DNA of 64,000 bases from Cyanophora paradoxa CCMP329 (taxonomy: Eukaryota > Plantae > Glaucophyta), in NCBI GenBank assembly GCA_004431415.1, contig QPMI01000453.1, positions 310,001 through 374,000 of the forward strand, in the 5' to 3' direction. Of the stretch, positions 59,601-64,000 are shown piece after piece. Under the pieces are notes generated by a model. It saw nothing but the letters and a program-made list of their open reading frames with translations, was not told the origin of the DNA and ran no database searches. The position numbers and the translations under genes are program-made. How positions within the stretch are numbered: position 1 is the stretch's first letter; each line of letters begins with the position of its first letter.

Positions 59601-62600
59601 GATGATTTCGTCGTCCTCACTGAACAGCGCGCCGATGGGATACGCTGAAGTCGGGTTTGCGGCACTCAGAGAGGCTTTCTTGCAAGAGCTTCGGGTGGTC
59701 GCGTTTGCACACGTAGGTGCATCCCATACGTAAAGGTATCCGTTCGCTCCTGAGCAAGGCACCATTCACACTTCAGCATCCTGGGCACGAATGCGATCGC
59801 GCGCGAGGGGCCGAAGTCGCAAATGTGCACCAGTGGAAAGGAACTTCGTTTCGTCATGCGAGAAGGCGACCCTGTTCAGGAATCAGAATTAGTGCATGAT
59901 CATGAGCCGCAGCTTCAGCTGCAAATCTCTCAATTACAAAATCAAAACGCTTACTCGTGCACAGATGGGTGGGGCAGAATGTAGTCGACGTACCACCCCA
60001 GTTCTGCGTTTATGAACCTGGAAAAGACGCTGCATGCACAAAGAAGATTCACATCAGGCGTGCAACAAGAGGGCAATTCAAATAAGCATGCAATCAGCTC
60101 ACCCGACGCCACCACTCCAATAATCCAACGCTCCGACAATTTTCATTTGCATGTCGTCACCGCTGGTGGCCGCGGGGCCGACAGCCACCGATGCCATCTT
60201 TCCGGAGGCGCTATTTGGGTCATGTCCTTTGAGCCGGAGGCCGAACGGCTGCAGTGTCCAGATACGAAGAATGTAAGGGTGGTTTATGAAGTCTTCATTG
60301 AGGCCGGAGACAAGCGTGTTTTGGTCGGGCAAAAGAACGAGAGAGCGGATGATGGCCCCTGGCTGGCAAATGAGCCCTTCTGAGGAGGTCGCGAACAGCT
60401 GCAGTGTTGATCGACGCTGCGCAATTCCGAACAAATGCAGGGCGGTCCTCGAGCTCGAAGCTCGGTGGTCAGGAGTCTCGGCCGGCGCGGCCATCAGCCG
60501 CCGTGAGGATGCAAATGCATAGCATGGCTGGGGCATGTCCCTTTCATACAAGATAAATCAGAGCGCAGAGAGCCAAGAACTGCACTCGTGTGCGCACCAT
60601 ACAAGAATCTCAGTGCTGGCGGTGAAGAGAAGAGAGCCGTCGTGAGACAAGGCAAGCCCGTAGTTAAAGCCCGACGGGCAGAGGTAAGATTGCAGCCGTG
60701 TGCCAGTCGCGACATCGTAGACGTGCACCAGGCGCCCGTCGCCGGACGTGGCTGCCAGTTTCCCGTCGGCGGTCACGGCGACCGCCCACAGACGTTCGTT
60801 CTCGGGGTCCGGAATGACGCGGACTAGGCTCCAGGTTGTCGTGTTCCAGATGCGCAAGCTCGTGTCGGTGCCGCGACCAAGGGTGCCTGAAACAGAGAAA
60901 AGGAGGTCGTTTGCTGAGGCAAAGTTGTTGATCCTGTCCTCATGAGCCTGAGTAATTTTCTTGAATGGCGTGATGCGATAATCGGTGATTGTGGAAGGGT
61001 TGAGGACGTAGATGTTGCCGGACATGGTTCCAACAACGATGAAGCCGTTATTTACGAACGTAACCGCGGTTAGCAAAAAATCCATGGTGGTCGCGCCAAA
61101 GTCAAAAAAGGCTTTATTGAGTAAACGGGCATATTGGGTGCCTGACATCTGCCATATTTGAATGTAGAGACTATAGGACCCTGCACGTGAGAGCATCGCG
61201 ATCGGGCTGATGCGCACATTGGGCAATTGCGGTATGCGCACCAGACGGTCTTCCAATCACGGCCACAAGGCTCTTGTCAGGAGATAGAGCAATCCTGAGT
61301 GTGCGTGCCCGGTGCGCTATTATTCGCGGATCCTGGTTGTCAAAAACAATTCGATGTAAATCGCGCACTTTGGTGGTGCAAATGGAAAGCTGGAATCGTA
61401 CGCAAGGACTCCGATGTCCTGGAAAAGAGATTGATTTCTTCCGTTCCATACGCTGTTGAAACTGACGGTCAGCGAAAAATAACACTGGCCATGGATCCGT
61501 ATATCGATAAAGCGGGCGTTAGAAATCGAGATTCGACAGCTGCGCACCTGATCACACCTCTTCTCTCGGATATCGTACCCAAGAGGGATCCGTCATGGGT
61601 CAAAGCGAAGTCGTGGACGCTGGATGAGCAGTTGGCGCAGGGAAGCGCCCACAGTTCCCCTCCCGTGTCCACGCTCCAGCCACGCATCTCGTAGGTTGGC
61701 TGCCTCGGCGGCGCGAAAGACATCGAGGACGAAAGGATGGCGGAGCCGTCCGGCGTGAGCGCGAGGCGCGTGGCGCCGAAGAGCTTGCCGAAGGATCGGC
61801 GGGGCGCCACCACGTAAGGGAGCGGGGTACCGGTCGCGATCGGGGTGCGGCAGGGCGTGGGCGACGGGCTTGCTGTGGGCGATGGCGTTGGACTCGGGGA
61901 GGGCGAGGCGCTCGGAGATGGCGTGGCGCTCGCCGAGGGCGTTGGGCTCGGGGTCGGGGAAGGAGGTGGCAGAGGTGTCGGCCGCCCCCGCACCGTCTCA
62001 GGGACAGTCCTGCGCAGCATTGCTCAATGTTGGCGGTGAGCAAGATCTCACACTTGCTCGCTCGCGTGCGTCTCTAGACTCGCACCACATCCGGACATCA
62101 GCGACCCCGGCAATGACGAAGGACCCGTTCCGCTCGATTGCGACGGAGACGACCGGCCCGCTATTCGCACGGCACGACAACACGGCGACGCGGTTGCCGT
62201 GGGCCAAATCGTACAGGTATGCCTCCTCGAACCCGCCGGCGAGAGCGAAGCGCCCATCCCCCGTGATTGCGACGCTGAAGAGCGTGCCCCGGAGCTCCGG
62301 CACTGTCCGAATGACGGCACCTGTCGAGACTTGCCAGATGCGGGCTGAGCTGGCACCGGTGGCGCCAGAGACAGAGACAAGGAGAAGCCCGTCTGCCGTC
62401 AGGGCGATGTCGTTGACAGGAGCTGCGTGCGTAAAGTTCCGCACAGCGACGGGCTTCTGTCTGGGCGTATACAGAGTGTTCTCGTGGCGCCACTGGACGA
62501 TGAAGCCGTCGACGTACGACACGAACAAGAACGAGTCATCGGGTGAGAAAGCGAGGCTTGTTGAAACGACGTATGGTTCACGATAGAACTCGTGATAACG

Positions 62601-64000
62601 GTAGTACATGGTGGCCGTCCAGTCTCCATGGCCAGTCGGAGTGATGTCCCACGTCCGCGCACGCCCATCACTGTACCTCTCAATCAACGCGATGCGAGTG
62701 CCTGCATTCGAGAATGCCATCCTTCGAGCGGCGTCATAAGCTTAAGATATGTAAGACCAAGAACAAGACGCACCTCGCATTGGTTTTCCATCCAGGGCCG
62801 GACATTTTTCCAATCATGTGCCCGTCAACAAGCGACCAAACCCTGCCGATATCCGTGGCTGAAGCTTAATCGCGGAAAAATGATCCCGAATGTGCTTCAT
62901 AACTCGTTCTGAGTTTGCAACCGGCGCACCTTAGTAGCGGAACGTCTGAGTAACCGGCAAGCGTAGCAAACTTGGTCCCGTCCTGGCTGGCGGCAACCTG
63001 GTACACGTAGTAGTCATCAACGCAGCTGTAGGGAGCATTTGGCATCGCCAATAAGCCAGAATCCACGTTCATGATCCTCAGTCCCCTGACGCCTGAGTTG
63101 TATCCTCCCGCAATGAGCTTGCGGCCGTCTGGGGACAGGGCGATCGATATCGGGTAGTCGCGATGTATTAACAGGCGCGTGGCCATGGGATCGGCCGGAT
63201 TGTTGAAAACACGGCGCGGAACCTGTAACCACGCATTGACAAACTCGAGCGAGAGGCTCGCCGGAACATACGTGACGTTCCCCCAAAGCGAGGCGACATC
63301 CGAAGCTCGCCCCACGGCGTAATCGGAGGCTGTCAGCAGAGAGGTGTCGTTGCTGCCGCCGTCGAGCGGCACTGCCGGGCAGATCGTCAGTGTCGAAAAG
63401 AATATCTTCCATGAAGAGCGCCCTAGCGTACGGTAGTGGACGAGACCCTCCTCCGATCCCGTGAGTCGGCGATCCATGAACTGGCGAATTAACTCGTCCG
63501 AGCGCGGGCGGTTCCAGACTCGGATCTGCGCGCGATCGAGTCGGCCAAAAACGTTGATCAACGATAATTAACAAGTCAAACAATAACGCTTATCAACGTT
63601 GATTAAAAAGGTCGCAGGGGAACTCACATCTGAGTACAGAGCCCACGAGCCGGTCGCACTAGAAGTGTCGTTCGAGTCGGATGCAAGCCAAAGCGACGAG
63701 CCCGGCTGCAGAATAGGATCGCCGTAAGCTACACTCGATTGAGCCGTCTGCAAGCGTGATTTTCGCAATTAGACAGTTACAAAACGCGATCGTGATCGTG
63801 GTGAGCAGTGGCCATTGCCCATGGCCAGCACGCACCAGAGTCCCGTTCAGGAAAAATGTCGTCCGCCACTGATTCGGGAGGCCCGGAGACGACGCACACT
63901 CCACGCGAAACGCGAGATGGACCCTGGCGGCGGGGGGCGGAAACGGAGATTAAGCGACCAGCAGTTGGCCAAGATGCACCGAGAACGGCGGGCGAACGGC
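50970..64000 (-). CDS. Giant type-I membrane protein: repeated WD40 modules with Ser-Pro linkers, PPC-like, FN3-like and SEA-like domains, one TM helix and a low-complexity cytoplasmic tail; 5' end probably beyond the window
   Basis: Many WD40 repeats ([80 protein letters not shown]); (SP/TP)n linkers; '[30 protein letters not shown]'; '[14 protein letters not shown]'; '[15 protein letters not shown]'; [28 protein letters not shown] (~51600-51530); stop at 50970. Confidence 0.82.

Noticed and set aside
1-64000. tRNA, rRNA, snRNA genes, telomeric repeats or prokaryotic operons
   Set aside because: None recognised by eye; a tRNAscan/Infernal run would be needed to exclude them formally.

Overview
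GC-rich, intron-dense eukaryotic DNA, probably from an alga or protist. The short GT/GC-AG introns, the GARP and AP2 domains and the (SP)n linkers suggest an archaeplastid alga, possibly a glaucophyte; this is inference only. Most long ORFs in the supplied track are GC artefacts or antisense shadows, so the genes were assembled by hand across introns. In order: CstF-77/RNA14 (partial, -); a tri-longin Fuzzy/Mon1/HPS1-type gene (+); a gene fusing AP2-like, chromo and SAM-like domains (-); a divergent pair of F-box genes; a GARP/SHLQKY Myb factor with a His/Cys-rich N-terminus and an intronic 137-bp array; a divergent pair of paralogous ~100-aa microproteins (4-Cys core plus acidic tail) visible only after splicing and flanking a MITE; a 4-TM protein; an MMTAG2 homologue; an ankyrin-like helical-repeat gene; a putatively myristoylated protein built from a 125-bp exon+intron tandem repeat; a 1.3-kb TIR element; and the 3' 13 kb of a giant type-I membrane protein with repeated extracellular WD40 modules, Ser-Pro linkers and PPC/FN3/SEA-like domains. 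Best candidates for novelty: the AP2-chromo-SAM protein, the spliced Cys/acidic microprotein pair, the WD40 surface protein, and recurring intronic 'echo' copies of exon ends. All exon boundaries and domain calls were made by eye and are unverified.
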